DNA of 64,000 nucleotides from Escherichia coli (GTDB lineage Bacteria > Pseudomonadota > Gammaproteobacteria > Enterobacterales > Enterobacteriaceae): the NCBI RefSeq assembly GCF_001677475.2, contig NZ_CP015229.1; one strand, 5' to 3'. Both the position numbers and the translations under genes were made by a program. A model generated the notes under the pieces. It had not been told where the DNA came from and did not search any database. It worked only from the letters and a program-made list of their open reading frames with translations. Below are positions 12,068 through 26,914 of the stretch, piece by piece; within the stretch, counting starts at the first letter, position 1; each line of letters starts with the position of its first letter.

Positions 12068-12385
12068 ATGTCCTGGATTATCTTAGTTATTGCTGGTCTG
12101 CTGGAAGTGGTATGGGCCGTTGGCCTGAAATATACCCACGGCTTTAGTCGTTTGACGCCGAGTGTTATTACTGTGACGGCGATGATTGTCAGTATGGCGC
12201 TACTTGCCTGGGCGATGAAATCGTTACCAGTAGGGACGGCTTATGCCGTGTGGACGGGTATTGGCGCAGTCGGCGCGGCCATCACCGGCATTGTACTGCT
12301 CGGTGAGTCCGCTAACCCGATGCGCCTGGCGAGTCTGGCGTTAATCGTATTGGGGATTATTGGTCTGAAACTCAGCACTCATTAA
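12068..12385 (+). CDS. gdx: Guanidinium exporter Gdx (SugE), SMR family
   Basis: ORF 11918..12385; start trimmed to [22 protein letters not shown] (105 aa, 4 TM). Confidence 0.9.
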   Translation: MSWIILVIAGLLEVVWAVGLKYTHGFSRLTPSVITVTAMIVSMALLAWAMKSLPVGTAYAVWTGIGAVGAAITGIVLLGESANPMRLASLALIVLGIIGLKLSTH

Positions 12386-12915
12386 CTACCGGGTTGCTGT
12401 ACCCAAATAAACTTACTGACATCAAACCCTTCCCGGGTCGCGACTGCCAGCATTTCCTGTTTCACTTCGTCAGAAATGGTTGGCGTGCGGGAGAGTATCC
12501 ACAGGTAGTCGCGGTCCGGACCGCAAACCAGCGCATGGCGGTATTCCCGATCGAGCGCAATAACGTTATAACCGCCATAGAAAGGACCAAAGAATGACAC
12601 TTTCAGCGCAGCGCGAGTTGGTGCGCCGGTAAAGTATGCTTTCCCTTCACTCTGTTGCCACATTTCTCTGTCAGGGTTATAGCCTTTATTAATGACATTC
12701 AGGCCGCCGTCATCCCGCAGGCTGTATGTTGCGGTGACTTTTTCCAGTCCACGTTCAAAGCGGTGATCAAAACGGGCAATCTCATACCAGGTACCGAGAT
12801 AGCGTTTAGCATCGAAATTATTCACTACGGTCACGCCACGGGGCGGCGTAGGAGAACTGCAGGCAACGACCAGAAATGCAGCTGTCGCTGCGGCAACGAG
12901 AGGGAGCAGGCGCAT
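12382..12915 (-). CDS. blc: Outer membrane lipocalin Blc
   Basis: 177-aa ORF with lipobox VVACSSP and lipocalin motif GTWYEIA. Confidence 0.93.
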   Translation of the reverse strand: MRLLPLVAAATAAFLVVACSSPTPPRGVTVVNNFDAKRYLGTWYEIARFDHRFERGLEKVTATYSLRDDGGLNVINKGYNPDREMWQQSEGKAYFTGAPTRAALKVSFFGPFYGGYNVIALDREYRHALVCGPDRDYLWILSRTPTISDEVKQEMLAVATREGFDVSKFIWVQQPGS

Positions 12916-13003
12916 AAATGTTTCCTTACTGGTTTTTTTCTAAGTGTAGATGACAGCAAGGAAAAGCGGAGAAAAGGTCCGAAAATTCGGACCCGATGAA
13001 ATT

Positions 13004-14559
<1,556 letters not shown>

Positions 14560-14569
14560 CTCAGGCTCC

Positions 14570-15702
<1,133 letters not shown>

Positions 15703-15710
<8 letters not shown>

Positions 15711-17511
15711 TCGCCTTCTCCTTCTTATTGGCTGCTTCCGCCTTATCGGCTGCATCCGCTTCGCCACCGTAAACACGTTTAGCTGGCGGCAGCGTAGTAA
15801 TCTTCACGTCGCTGTACTCCAGGCGAGTCGTGCCATCAGCATCGCGGAAGGCGAGGGTGTGTTTGAGGAAGTTGACGTCGTCACGCTCGGTGCAACCTTC
15901 GTCCAGACGCTGGTGTGCGCCGCGGGACTCTTTACGTGCCATTGCGGAGTGCGCCATACATTCAGCAACGTTCAGACCGTGGCCCAGTTCAATGGTGTAG
16001 AGCAGGTCGGTGTTGAACACGCTGGAGGTGTCGGTGATGCGCACGCGCTTGAAGCGTTCCTGCAGCTCAGCCAGCTTGTCGATGGTTTTCTGCATCAGTT
16101 CCGGCGTACGGTAGATACCGCAACCTTCTTCCATAGCCAGGCCCATTTCGTCGCGGATCTTCGCCCAGTTTTCGCCGCCATCCTGGTTAACCAGATCTTT
16201 CAGACGTTGTTCAACGCCAGCTGCCTGCGCTTCAATTGCCGCTTCGTTGCCATTACCGGCAGTTGCTGCACGCTCTGTCGCTTGTTCACCGGCCAGACGG
16301 CCGAAGACCACCAGTTCCGCCAGGGAGTTAGAACCCAGACGGTTTGCACCGTGCAGACCAACAGAGGAACATTCACCCACGGCGAACAGACCTTTAATGC
16401 GGGTTTCACAGTTCTGATCGGTTTCGATACCGCCCATGGTGTAGTGTGCGGTCGGACGTACCGGAATCGGTTCTTTAACCGGATCGACGCCAACGTACGC
16501 TTTCGCCAGTTCGCAGATGAACGGCAGACGTTCATGCAGTTTTTTCTCGCCGAGGTGACGCAGGTCGAGATAAACCACATCACCACGCGGTGTGGAGATG
16601 GTGTTGCCTTTACGCCATTCGTGCCAGAAGGCCTGAGAAACTTTGTCGCGTGGACCCAGTTCCATATACTTGTTTTTCGGCTCGCCCAGCGGAGTTTCCG
16701 GGCCCATGCCGTAATCTTGCAGATAACGGTAGCCATTTTTGTTGACCAGAATACCGCCTTCACCACGGCAGCCTTCGGTCATCAGGATACCGGAACCTGG
16801 CAGACCGGTTGGGTGATACTGAACGAATTCCATGTCACGCAGCGGAACGCCGTGGCTTAGCGCCATACCCATACCGTCACCGGTAACGATGCCGCCATTG
16901 GTATTGTAACGATAAACGCGACCCGCACCGCCGGTAGCCATAACGACCGCGTTAGCACGGATCTGCACCAGCGTGCCTTCCATCATGTTCATTGCTACCA
17001 GGCCGCGAACATGACCATCATCAACCAGAATATCCAGCACGAAATGTTCGTCAAAACGCTGGATCTGCGGGAATTGCAGAGAGGTCTGGAACAGCGTGTG
17101 CAGCATATGGAAGCCGGTCTTATCGGCGGCGAACCAGGTACGCTCGATTTTCATGCCGCCGAAGCGACGTACGTTGACGCTACCATCCGGGCGACGGCTC
17201 CATGGGCATCCCCACAGTTCCAGTTGGGTCATTTCGGTGGGGCAGTGGTGGACGAAATAATCCACGACATCCTGCTCACACAACCAGTCGCCACCCGCGA
17301 CTGTATCGTGAAAGTGATATTCGAAGCTGTCATGATCCTGCGCGACAGCGGCGGAGCCCCCTTCTGCAGCAACGGTATGGCTACGCATCGGGTATACTTT
17401 TGAGATTAGTGCGATTTTTGCATTTGGATTTGCCTGCGCGGCAGCAATTGCAGCACGTAATCCCGCGCCACCGGCGCCTACAATGGCAAGATCGGCTTGA
17501 AAGGTTTGCAC
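15703..17511 (-). CDS. frdA: Fumarate reductase flavoprotein subunit
   Basis: 602-aa [29 protein letters not shown] (FAD-binding GxGxxG). Confidence 0.97.
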
Positions 17512-17644
17512 GACATTCCTCCAGATTGTTTTTATCCCACAGCCCCGTACTTCAGGGTAAGTGCCTGAAAGTTACGGTCTGCGAACGCTATTCCACTGCT
17601 CCTTTATAGGTACAACAGTATAGTCTGATGGATAAGTCTGAAAT

Positions 17645-17658
17645 TTGACGAGATCGAT
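17645..17658 (-). promoter_or_regulatory. Candidate FNR site of frd promoter
   Basis: ttgacgagatcgat resembles TTGAT-N4-ATCAA, about 135 bp upstream of frdA start. Confidence 0.45.
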
Positions 17659-17835
17659 TTTTTTAGTGCGCAAGAGGGCTAAATTATCACTGAAGATGAT
17701 TAATTTAATTACTAAACCATCAGATCGTGCTTTTTTTAGTCACTGCCCACCGTTGTTTGATTCCTGCGTAAAATTTGTCTCGCCGTCGCGTTGCGAGTAG
17801 ACTTCGTGCCCTTGTCAAAAACTGGAGATTTAACT

Positions 17836-18813
17836 ATGAGCGAAACGGCATCCTGGCAGCCGAGCGCATCCATTCCTAACTTATTAAAACGCGCGGCGAT
17901 TATGGCGGAGATCCGTCGTTTCTTTGCCGATCGTGGAGTGCTGGAGGTGGAGACGCCTTGTATGAGCCAGGCGACGGTAACCGATATTCATTTGGTCCCG
18001 TTTGAGACACGTTTCGTTGGCCCCGGGCATTCGCAGGGGATGAATCTCTGGTTAATGACCAGCCCGGAATACCATATGAAACGCCTGCTGGTTGCCGGTT
18101 GTGGGCCGGTATTCCAGCTGTGCCGCAGCTTCCGTAATGAAGAGATGGGGCGTTATCACAACCCTGAGTTCACTATGCTGGAGTGGTATCGACCGCACTA
18201 TGATATGTACCGGTTGATGAACGAGGTGGACGATCTCTTACAACAGGTGCTGGACTGCCCGGCAGCAGAAAGCCTTTCTTATCAACAAGCTTTCTTGCGT
18301 TATCTGGAAATTGACCCACTCTCTGCCGACAAAACGCAACTGCGGGAAGTGGCAGCGAAACTGGATTTGAGCAATGTTGCTGATACCGAAGAAGACCGCG
18401 ACACGTTGCTACAATTGCTGTTTACCTTTGGCGTAGAGCCAAATATTGGTAAAGAAAAACCGACCTTTGTGTACCACTTTCCAGCCAGCCAGGCATCACT
18501 GGCGCAAATCAGTACCGAAGATCATCGGGTCGCTGAACGCTTTGAGGTTTATTATAAAGGTATTGAGCTGGCGAATGGTTTCCATGAATTGACGGATGCC
18601 CGTGAGCAGCAACAACGCTTTGAACAAGATAACCGTAAGCGCGCGGCGCGCGGTTTGCCGCAGCACCCCATTGACCAGAATCTGATTGAAGCCTTGAAAG
18701 TCGGTATGCCTGACTGTTCCGGCGTGGCATTAGGTGTTGATCGTCTGGTGATGTTGGCGCTGGGCGCGGAGACACTGGCTGAAGTCATCGCCTTTAGCGT
18801 TGACCGGGCATAA
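17836..18813 (+). CDS. epmA: EF-P lysine-lysyltransferase EpmA (PoxA/GenX)
   Basis: ORF 17791..18813; start trimmed to [30 protein letters not shown] (325 aa); class II aaRS-like. Confidence 0.92.
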   Translation: MSETASWQPSASIPNLLKRAAIMAEIRRFFADRGVLEVETPCMSQATVTDIHLVPFETRFVGPGHSQGMNLWLMTSPEYHMKRLLVAGCGPVFQLCRSFRNEEMGRYHNPEFTMLEWYRPHYDMYRLMNEVDDLLQQVLDCPAAESLSYQQAFLRYLEIDPLSADKTQLREVAAKLDLSNVADTEEDRDTLLQLLFTFGVEPNIGKEKPTFVYHFPASQASLAQISTEDHRVAERFEVYYKGIELANGFHELTDAREQQQRFEQDNRKRAARGLPQHPIDQNLIEALKVGMPDCSGVALGVDRLVMLALGAETLAEVIAFSVDRA

Positions 18814-18842
18814 TTCTGAAAAATTACTGAATTAACAGCGAA

Positions 18843-18885
18843 GAATGGCGTGATAAGCGCCATTCTGTAGCATATGTTTTCATTT
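18843..18885 (+). terminator. Rho-independent terminator after epmA
   Basis: Hairpin gaatggcg-tgataag-cgccattc followed by T-rich tract. Confidence 0.65.
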
Positions 18886-19031
18886 TTCTGTTAAAGGCCA
18901 CAATTTAAGACTGGATATTTGATATCATCCAGGTATCAATTCTGTATTGGTTTTTACGCTGCCCGCTCAATGTTGGGCAGTGCAGTTCAGTGGGCGCGTT
19001 TTATACACGCGCTGAAATGAAGGATGGTTTC

Positions 19032-20534
19032 ATGCCTCACACGATAAAAAAGATGAGTCTGATAGGACTCATATTGATGATCTTTACTTCCGTATTTGGA
19101 TTTGCCAATAGCCCATCGGCTTATTACTTAATGGGTTATAGTGCGATTCCCTTTTATATATTTTCTGCATTGTTATTCTTTATTCCATTCGCCTTAATGA
19201 TGGCTGAAATGGGCGCTGCGTATCGCAAAGAAGAAGGAGGTATCTATTCCTGGATGAATAATAGTGTCGGACCACGTTTTGCCTTCATTGGTACGTTTAT
19301 GTGGTTTTCCTCTTATATCATCTGGATGGTGAGCACCTCCGCTAAAGTTTGGGTACCGTTCTCAACATTTCTCTACGGTAGCGACATGACCCAGCACTGG
19401 CGTATTGCCGGACTGGAACCTACGCAGGTGGTTGGTCTGCTGGCAGTGGCATGGATGATTCTGGTCACCGTCGTTGCTTCAAAAGGGATTAATAAAATTG
19501 CCCGCATTACTGCGGTGGGCGGTATTGCAGTAATGTGCCTGAATTTAGTATTACTGTTAGTAAGCATTACTATTTTGTTATTAAATGGTGGGCATTTCGC
19601 GCAGGATATTAATTTCCTGACATCACCGAACCCAGGATATCAATCCGGTCTGGCGATGCTATCGTTTGTGGTATTTGCCATTTTTGCCTATGGCGGAATT
19701 GAAGCGGTTGGTGGTCTGGTCGATAAAACGGAAAATCCAGAAAAGAACTTTGCCAAAGGTATTGTTTTTGCCGCTATTGTTATTTCAATCGGTTATTCGC
19801 TGGCAATATTTTTATGGGGCGTCAGCACAAACTGGCAGCAGGTATTAAGTAATGGTTCCGTTAACCTCGGCAATATTACCTATGTGCTGATGAAGAGCCT
19901 CGGGATGACGCTGGGTAACGCACTGCATTTGTCACCTGAAGCGTCATTGTCGCTGGGCGTATGGTTTGCGCGTATTACCGGACTTTCGATGTTCCTCGCT
20001 TATACCGGTGCGTTCTTTACGCTTTGCTATTCACCGCTGAAAGCCATCATCCAGGGGACGCCGAAAGCGTTGTGGCCGGAACCGATGACGCGCCTGAATG
20101 CGATGGGGATGCCGTCTATCGCCATGTGGATGCAGTGCGGGTTGGTTACTGTCTTCATCCTGCTGGTTTCGTTTGGTGGCGGTACCGCATCGGCGTTCTT
20201 TAACAAGCTGACGCTGATGGCGAACGTGTCTATGACGCTTCCTTACCTGTTCCTCGCGCTGGCTTTCCCATTCTTTAAAGCACGTCAGGATCTCGACAGA
20301 CCATTTGTGATTTTCAAAACGCGTATGTCGGCAATGATTGCGACGGTGGTTGTCGTTCTGGTGGTGACATTTGCGAACATCTTCACCATCATTCAGCCTG
20401 TGGTTGAAGCCGGAGACTGGGACAGCACATTGTGGATGATTGGCGGCCCTGTCTTCTTCTCGCTGTTAGCGATGGCGATATACCAGAACTATTGCAGTCG
20501 CATGGCGAATAAACCTGAGTTAGCTCTCGACTGA
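19032..20534 (+). CDS. yjeM: APC-superfamily transporter YjeM
   Basis: ORF 18990..20534; start chosen at MPHTIKKMSLIGLILMIF (500 aa). Confidence 0.8.
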   Translation: MPHTIKKMSLIGLILMIFTSVFGFANSPSAYYLMGYSAIPFYIFSALLFFIPFALMMAEMGAAYRKEEGGIYSWMNNSVGPRFAFIGTFMWFSSYIIWMVSTSAKVWVPFSTFLYGSDMTQHWRIAGLEPTQVVGLLAVAWMILVTVVASKGINKIARITAVGGIAVMCLNLVLLLVSITILLLNGGHFAQDINFLTSPNPGYQSGLAMLSFVVFAIFAYGGIEAVGGLVDKTENPEKNFAKGIVFAAIVISIGYSLAIFLWGVSTNWQQVLSNGSVNLGNITYVLMKSLGMTLGNALHLSPEASLSLGVWFARITGLSMFLAYTGAFFTLCYSPLKAIIQGTPKALWPEPMTRLNAMGMPSIAMWMQCGLVTVFILLVSFGGGTASAFFNKLTLMANVSMTLPYLFLALAFPFFKARQDLDRPFVIFKTRMSAMIATVVVVLVVTFANIFTIIQPVVEAGDWDSTLWMIGGPVFFSLLAMAIYQNYCSRMANKPELALD

Positions 20535-20684
20535 TCATATGAAATCCTGCAACTCATCGTCTCTCCGGCGATGAGTTGTCAGGAAGTAATGCGTATGGAT
20601 GATACTCTCCAGGGCCGGTGATAACTGAAGATGATGTTAAGCTGCTAAATGAGCCACGTTGACATCATTTGGCAGCTTCATGCA

Positions 20685-23600
20685 TTACAAACTTCCCGCC
20701 TGACGACCTTTGCCCGCAGACGTCAGCGTTCTCCCCGTTTGCTTACCGTTGAGGCTTTCCAGACGCATCTGGAAGGGCGGGAATGGCATATCGATACCGT
20801 GGGCGTGGAAGCCTGCCAGAATCAGCTGGTGGATCTCATGGCGTAGCGGCATACGGTGACCCATCTCAGCGGCGTAAATACGCAGCTCGAAAATCTGAAT
20901 CCCCTGTTGCAGATCCACCAGGAAGACTTCCGGTGCCGGGTTGTCGATCACCAGCGAGCAGCGACGCGCTGCGGTGAGCAGGATTTCCGTCACTTCTTCA
21001 CTGTTGGCATCGGCAGGAGCCGGAATCGTCAATACCACGCGCGTGACCGAGTCAGAGAGCGACCAGTTGATAAACTGCTCGGTAATAAACGCCTTGTTCG
21101 GCACGATAATTTCTTTGCGGTCCCAGTCGCTGATGGTGGTGGCGCGGGTGTTAATTTTTGTCACGCTACCGGTGAGATCGCGGATCGTCACCGTATCGCC
21201 AATGCGAATCGGTTTTTCGAACAGGATGATCAGGCCAGAGATAAAGTTGGCGAAAATTTCCTGCAAACCAAAACCGAGACCAACACCGAGCGCGGCGACC
21301 AGCCACTGCAATTTCGACCACTCAATACCAATCATTGAGAAGCCGACCAGCCCGCCAATCAGCATCAGCAGATATTTGGTGATGGTGGTGATGGCGTAAC
21401 CCGTACCCGGCGTTAAATCCAGGTGCTGCAAAATCGCCAGTTCCAGCAGCGCGGGCAGGTTGCGCACCAGCTGCGTGGTGATGATAAATACCAGAATGGC
21501 AATCAGCACCGCACCGAGGGTAATCGGCTCCAGACTTTCCACGCCCTGTACCGTGGAAGTGACATCCCACAGCGAAATATTTTCGAGGAAGCCGAAAGCG
21601 GAATGGATTTCTGACCACAGCACAATGACCGAAAGCAGGGCGATCAACATCAAAATTGAGCGCACCAGCCGCAAGGATTGCGCACTGATGGCATCGAGAT
21701 CGACTTCGCTTTCATCGACTTCAATTGCCCCTTCCGGGCTACTGTGATGATGCGCTTCCTCTTCGCCACGTGCACGTTGCGCTAACATCTCTGCCCGGCG
21801 ATGCTTCGCCCGGTCAAACGCCAGCCTGCGGCGTTGGATCAGCATCCAGCGGCGGATAACGTGATAAACCACCAGTAGCAGGAACCAGATGGCAACCGAG
21901 GTTTCAAGCCTCGCTAACAGTGCCTGCGCCGTTGCCAGATAACCCACCGCCGACGCCAGAATAGCAACCAGTGGCGCGCCAATCATCATGTTCCACAGCA
22001 TATGGTTGGTAATGTTGTCGCCGCTACCCTCTTTGTTGAGATACAGCGGGATACCGGCCTTTTTCAGGCTGAGGGTGACCACCGCCAGCGCACCGCAAAT
22101 GAGGATAAAGCAAAGCCGTCCCAGCGAACCGGAAAATTCGCGGTCGTCGAGATTATCGAACATCATCAGCGCCATAATCAGCGGCACAATAAGCCCGATG
22201 CTCATCAGGTAGTAGCGCATCCCACGGGAAACCCGTTCGCGTGGCCAACCAAAATGAGCGATAAACAAGCCGTTCGGGCGGGCAAAGGTGGCGCAAATCA
22301 TCACTACCCACAGCAGCGGCACGGTGGCTGTTACGCCATCACCAATCGCGACCGCCAGCGGATAAGGCCACGCCTCGCGCAAGCCGTAACCCAGCGTCAT
22401 CCACAGCACTGGCAGCGGTGACGCGACGAGAATCGACCAGAAAAGAGTGCGTAACGTCAGCCAGAAGTGATCCTGAGTCACTTTGCCGACTTTCGCCGCC
22501 GAACGTTCAAGAAAACGGGTGAAATATCGGCGCGAGTAAATACTGCAACCGACCAGAATCAACGCGCCAAACAGCGGCAAAATCGTCTCTTTGCTGGTCA
22601 GCATCATCACACTGGCTTTGCCCAACTGACTGAAGGTGTCCAGCGAAATGAGACGACGCAGATCCTGGGCGATTTCCAGCGGCCAGGCGATGGTCATCGG
22701 ACGTACGTCAGAGGTCCAGAACAGATAGCGGTGCGTCGCTTCATTCACCTCTTTCAGCGCATCCTCCAGTTGCCCGTTGGAGACTTTCAGCTTGGTCAGT
22801 TCCAGTAGTAGCGTGTCGCCACCCTGCAACAATGAGTTCAGCAACTCACGCTGAGTGCGTAGCTGTGCTTCGAGAATACGGTTTTGCTCGGCAGTCAGCG
22901 GCTGACCGTCGGCCTGATGAATTTGCCTTAGCTGCGGCTGTTTATTAAGCAGATCCTCATAACGTAACCGTTGCACACGCAACTGCGCCATTTCGGTATC
23001 AAGCTGTTGTGGTTTTGGCATTTCCGGCAGCCGTGCCACCTGCGCCCGCAACGCTTCGCCGAGCAGATTGGACGATCCCAGCCATTGCGACTGTTCACGC
23101 AGCGTATTCAACGCCTGCCGGACCTGTAACGTCTGGCTGGCAGCCTGACGCTGTTGCGAGGCAACGAGATCCATCCGCTGCGCCTGTTGATTCAGCGCTG
23201 CCGATAGTTCGCGGTTTATTTTGAATTGCGCGACGATATCTTTCGGCAAATCGGCACTGTTTTCTGCCAGCAATTCGGTACTTTCCAGCGCCCGCTCCGC
23301 CTCAAGCTGACGTTGGCTGTTCAACTGATTACGTAAGGTCTGCAAATACGCATCCAGTTGCTGGCTCTCTTTTTCCGCCAGCTCTGAGCGTAAGCGCGCT
23401 AATTCCTGGCGGTTATTGGCGGACAGCTGCGCCAGTTCCAGTTCATCGACGAGCGCTTTCAGGCGTGCGGAGTCAGACTGCAACGCGAAATTTTGTGCCT
23501 GATTGAGCGGGGAATTGCCGGTAAGCGTCCCCAGGCGGCGCTCGATTTCATTTAACTGACGGCGGGCATCGGTTTGCTGTTGCGGCAGTTGATTCAGCGA

Positions 23601-24008
23601 ATCGGCAATCTCGCGGGCGCGTTCCTGCTCTTGCTGGGCCTGACGGCTTTTATCCAGCAACTGGCTGCTGACCTGGAGAATTTCCTGATTCAGCGCGTCG
23701 GTAGACATTCCCGGTGACACGCTGCGCGGCTCGTCACGCATGTTGTTTAATTGCGCGCGCAGAGTAGCGGAGAGTTTCGGATAATTATCAATGACTTCTT
23801 GATATTGCTTGATGCGCTCAAGGGAACCTTTCCGTTCCTCAAGCGCATTTAAGGCAGACTGGAGCGCCTCTACGACTTCCGGTTGCGCGGGTTTCGCCGC
23901 TTTTGCCTGCTCCAGTTCTTGTGAGATTTGTTTGCTATCGGGGGCCGTCGCGGCGTACGCCCCCCAACTGAGGCACCAGGCCATCAGAAAAGTGATAATC
24001 AGGCGCAC
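20685..24008 (-). CDS. mscM: Mechanosensitive channel MscM (YjeP), MscS family
   Basis: 1107-aa ORF: signal peptide, long Q/E/R-rich coiled-coil periplasmic domain, C-terminal MscS-like membrane domain. Confidence 0.93.
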   Translation of the reverse strand: MRLIITFLMAWCLSWGAYAATAPDSKQISQELEQAKAAKPAQPEVVEALQSALNALEERKGSLERIKQYQEVIDNYPKLSATLRAQLNNMRDEPRSVSPGMSTDALNQEILQVSSQLLDKSRQAQQEQERAREIADSLNQLPQQQTDARRQLNEIERRLGTLTGNSPLNQAQNFALQSDSARLKALVDELELAQLSANNRQELARLRSELAEKESQQLDAYLQTLRNQLNSQRQLEAERALESTELLAENSADLPKDIVAQFKINRELSAALNQQAQRMDLVASQQRQAASQTLQVRQALNTLREQSQWLGSSNLLGEALRAQVARLPEMPKPQQLDTEMAQLRVQRLRYEDLLNKQPQLRQIHQADGQPLTAEQNRILEAQLRTQRELLNSLLQGGDTLLLELTKLKVSNGQLEDALKEVNEATHRYLFWTSDVRPMTIAWPLEIAQDLRRLISLDTFSQLGKASVMMLTSKETILPLFGALILVGCSIYSRRYFTRFLERSAAKVGKVTQDHFWLTLRTLFWSILVASPLPVLWMTLGYGLREAWPYPLAVAIGDGVTATVPLLWVVMICATFARPNGLFIAHFGWPRERVSRGMRYYLMSIGLIVPLIMALMMFDNLDDREFSGSLGRLCFILICGALAVVTLSLKKAGIPLYLNKEGSGDNITNHMLWNMMIGAPLVAILASAVGYLATAQALLARLETSVAIWFLLLVVYHVIRRWMLIQRRRLAFDRAKHRRAEMLAQRARGEEEAHHHSSPEGAIEVDESEVDLDAISAQSLRLVRSILMLIALLSVIVLWSEIHSAFGFLENISLWDVTSTVQGVESLEPITLGAVLIAILVFIITTQLVRNLPALLELAILQHLDLTPGTGYAITTITKYLLMLIGGLVGFSMIGIEWSKLQWLVAALGVGLGFGLQEIFANFISGLIILFEKPIRIGDTVTIRDLTGSVTKINTRATTISDWDRKEIIVPNKAFITEQFINWSLSDSVTRVVLTIPAPADANSEEVTEILLTAARRCSLVIDNPAPEVFLVDLQQGIQIFELRIYAAEMGHRMPLRHEIHQLILAGFHAHGIDMPFPPFQMRLESLNGKQTGRTLTSAGKGRQAGSL

Positions 24009-24029
24009 GTCAGCGTTTCCTTTGATGGA

Positions 24030-24998
24030 TTAGACCTGGTCTTTTTTGTCGTCAACCAATGGGCTGGCGTCGTGTTCTGCTTCGATCTCTTCAGCAGGAA
24101 GCGGGGCGGGTTCAGCGTCTGGCGTAACAAAGGTTTCGGTAGATACTGCCAGCGGCTGGCCAATTTTCGTGACAGACAGGCTTTCCAGTTGCTCAACCAG
24201 ATTCACTTTACCCGGTGCAAACAGGTTGATAACGGTGGAACCGAGTTTAAAGCGACCCATTTCCTGGCCTTTCAGCAGTGCCACAGAACCGTCGTTTTCC
24301 CCGGCAGGCCAGGTCCAGCGCTTGATGATACCTTCGCGCGGCGGCGTAATGGTGCCCGCCCAGACCGTCTCAATGCTGCCTACAATCGTCGCCCCGACCA
24401 GAATCTGCGCCATTGGGCCAAATTCGGTATCGAACAGGCAGATCACGCGTTCGTTACGGGCAAACAGATTCGGCACGTTCTGAGCGGTGAGATGGTTAAC
24501 GGAAAAGAGATCGCCCGGCACGTAGATCATCTCACGCAGAATACCGTTGCACGGCATGTGTACGCGGTGGTAGTCACGCGGGGAGAGGTAAGTGGTCACA
24601 AACGTACCGTTGCGGAACAGGTCCGCCATCAGATAGTTGCCTGCCAGCAGGGCTTCGAGGCTGTAGTTGTGGCCTTTGGCTTGCAGGATTTTATCTTCTT
24701 CGATTTTACCCAACTGGCTGATAACGCCATCGGCAGGCATAACCAGTACATTCGGATCGGTATCGATTGGGCGTACTTCGTCACGCAGCGGACGGACAAA
24801 GAATTCGTTAAAGGTGCGGTAGCTGGCGGTATCCGGCTTTTGCGCCTCTTTCATGTCGACCTTGTAGTATTTAACGAACAGATCGATAACCAGTTTTGTC
24901 AGCCATCCTGCCCGCTTGCTTGCGCCCCAACCCGCCAGGCGAGTAAGCCATAGTTTCGGCAGAATGTACTGTAGCGAAAGTTTAAATGAATTTAACAA
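24030..24998 (-). CDS. psd: Phosphatidylserine decarboxylase proenzyme
   Basis: 322-aa ORF with LGST self-cleavage motif ([11 protein letters not shown]). Confidence 0.95.
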
Positions 24999-25095
24999 GG
25001 TAGCCTCCAGGCCATTGTTTTGTCGTTCCTGATCCGGCCTACATGCCGGATCCTGAAAAAAAAGGGGACGATTCTAACGACGGTTAGCTTAATTG

Positions 25096-26148
25096 TCAGT
25101 CATCCGTATCAGAAAAGTTTTTACGCGTTTTTACCTGCGCCATGCTTTCCAGAATACGGTGATAGTTTTCGAAACGGGTTTCCGCGATTTTTCCTTCCTC
25201 AACCGCTTCCCGGATAGCGCAGCCCGGATCGGTATCGTGTTTGCAATCGCGATATTTACACAGACCTAAGTAGTCATGGAATTCGACAAAGCCCTGAGTG
25301 ATTTGTTCCGGCTCCAGGTGCCAGAGGCCGAACTCACGCACTCCTGGGGAGTCAATCACATCACCGCCGTGCGGGAAGTGATACAGCCGAGCGGCGGTCG
25401 TGGTGTGCTGACCGAGACCCGAGTTGTCAGAGACATCGTTGGTCAGGATCTCTTTTTGCAGCCCCAGCAACGCGTTCAGCAGGCTGGATTTACCAACGCC
25501 AGACTGCCCGGCAAAAATGCTGATGCGCCCGGTCAACGCCTCTTCCAGCGGTTTCAGCCCATCCTGAGTATGGCTGGAAACCATCAATACGCGATAACCG
25601 ATATTGCGGTAGATATCCATCTGCTCGTTGACGAATGCCATGCCTTCGTCGTCCAGCAGGTCTATCTTGTTGAGCACAATAATCGGCTCAATCTGCAAGG
25701 TTTCGCAGGCCACCAGGTAACGGTCGATAATATTGAGCGACAGCTCCGGCAAAATGGCGGAGACAATGACAATCTGGTCGATGTTGGCTGCAATAGGTTT
25801 CACGCCGTCGTAGAAATCCGGACGCGTCAACACCGAGGTGCGCTCATGCACCGCTTCCACGATCCCTTTGACATTTACGCCTTCCGCCGCCGGTTTACCC
25901 GGACGCCAGACTACGCGGTCGCCGGTCACCAGCGAACGGATGGTACGGCGAATATTGCAGCGGTGAACGTCGCCATCGGCGGATTCCACATCAGCGTGCA
26001 TACCAAAGCGGCTGATGACGATACCTTCATCAGGCTCGCCAAACAGATTGTCGTCGTAGTCGGGCTTCTCCTTAGACGTTTTAAGACGACGCTGGTGATT
26101 GGCGTTCACGCGGCGCTGCTGGCCTTTGGAGAGTTTATTTTTACTCAA
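25096..26148 (-). CDS. rsgA: Ribosome small-subunit biogenesis GTPase RsgA
   Basis: ORF 25096..26181; start set at TTG (plus-strand caa at 26146-26148) giving 350 aa; P-loop GQSGVGKSS and C-terminal zinc finger. Confidence 0.85.
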   Translation of the reverse strand: MSKNKLSKGQQRRVNANHQRRLKTSKEKPDYDDNLFGEPDEGIVISRFGMHADVESADGDVHRCNIRRTIRSLVTGDRVVWRPGKPAAEGVNVKGIVEAVHERTSVLTRPDFYDGVKPIAANIDQIVIVSAILPELSLNIIDRYLVACETLQIEPIIVLNKIDLLDDEGMAFVNEQMDIYRNIGYRVLMVSSHTQDGLKPLEEALTGRISIFAGQSGVGKSSLLNALLGLQKEILTNDVSDNSGLGQHTTTAARLYHFPHGGDVIDSPGVREFGLWHLEPEQITQGFVEFHDYLGLCKYRDCKHDTDPGCAIREAVEEGKIAETRFENYHRILESMAQVKTRKNFSDTDD

Positions 26149-26242
26149 TCGTACAGACTCCTGGTCGCCCCTGATGGGCAAAACATCTATGATACACGCA
26201 ATTGTGGATCAATATAGTCACTGTGAATGGGTGGAAAATAGC

Positions 26243-26788
26243 ATGAGTGCCAATGAAAACAACCTGATTTGGATCGATCTTGAGATGACCGGTCTGGATC
26301 CCGAGCGTGATCGCATTATTGAGATTGCCACGCTGGTGACCGATGCCAACCTGAATATTCTGGCAGAAGGGCCGACCATTGCAGTACATCAGTCCGATGA
26401 ACAGCTGGCGCTGATGGATGACTGGAACGTGCGCACCCATACCGCCAGCGGGCTGGTAGAGCGTGTGAAAGCGAGCACGATGGGCGATCGTGAAGCTGAA
26501 CTGGTAACGCTCGAATTCTTAAAACAGTGGGTGCCTGCGGGAAAATCGCCGATTTGCGGTAACAGCATCGGCCAGGATCGTCGCTTCCTGTTTAAATATA
26601 TGCCGGAGCTGGAAGCCTACTTCCACTACCGTTATCTCGATGTCAGCACGCTGAAAGAGCTGGCGCGCCGCTGGAAGCCGGAAATTCTGGATGGTTTTAC
26701 CAAGCAGGGGACGCATCAGGCGATGGATGATATCCGTGAATCGGTGGCGGAGCTGGCTTACTACCGCGAGCATTTTATCAAGCTGTAA
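26243..26788 (+). CDS. orn: Oligoribonuclease
   Basis: ORF 26099..26788; start trimmed to [23 protein letters not shown] (181 aa, DEDDh exonuclease). Confidence 0.93.
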   Translation: MSANENNLIWIDLEMTGLDPERDRIIEIATLVTDANLNILAEGPTIAVHQSDEQLALMDDWNVRTHTASGLVERVKASTMGDREAELVTLEFLKQWVPAGKSPICGNSIGQDRRFLFKYMPELEAYFHYRYLDVSTLKELARRWKPEILDGFTKQGTHQAMDDIRESVAELAYYREHFIKL

Positions 26789-26914
26789 ATTTTTTCCTGG
26801 TCACGTAAGCGCCGTAATCCACTTGCGGTGGCGTGATTTTGACGCTAAATTGAACGTCTTGCCGATAATTTCAGCACTTGAGATAAAAACTCAAAAAAAA
26901 ATTTTTTAGGGGGG

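Noticed and set aside
15859-16860. 333-aa plus-strand ORF antisense to frdA
   Set aside because: Antisense shadow ORF within frdA.
18900-18960. Inverted repeat ttgatatcatccaggtatcaa upstream of yjeM as an FNR/CRP site
   Set aside because: Half-site spacing of 11 nt does not fit FNR (N4) or CRP (N6) geometry.
25027-25048. Hairpin gatccggc-ctacat-gccggatc between psd and rsgA as a terminator
   Set aside because: The A/T-run lies on the wrong side for rsgA transcription and the stem is short; more likely a degenerate REP-like palindrome.
23928-26217. Long plus-strand ORFs (341 aa and 313 aa) antisense to psd and rsgA
   Set aside because: Both lie entirely inside well-supported minus-strand genes, with no independent ribosome-binding site or promoter evidence.
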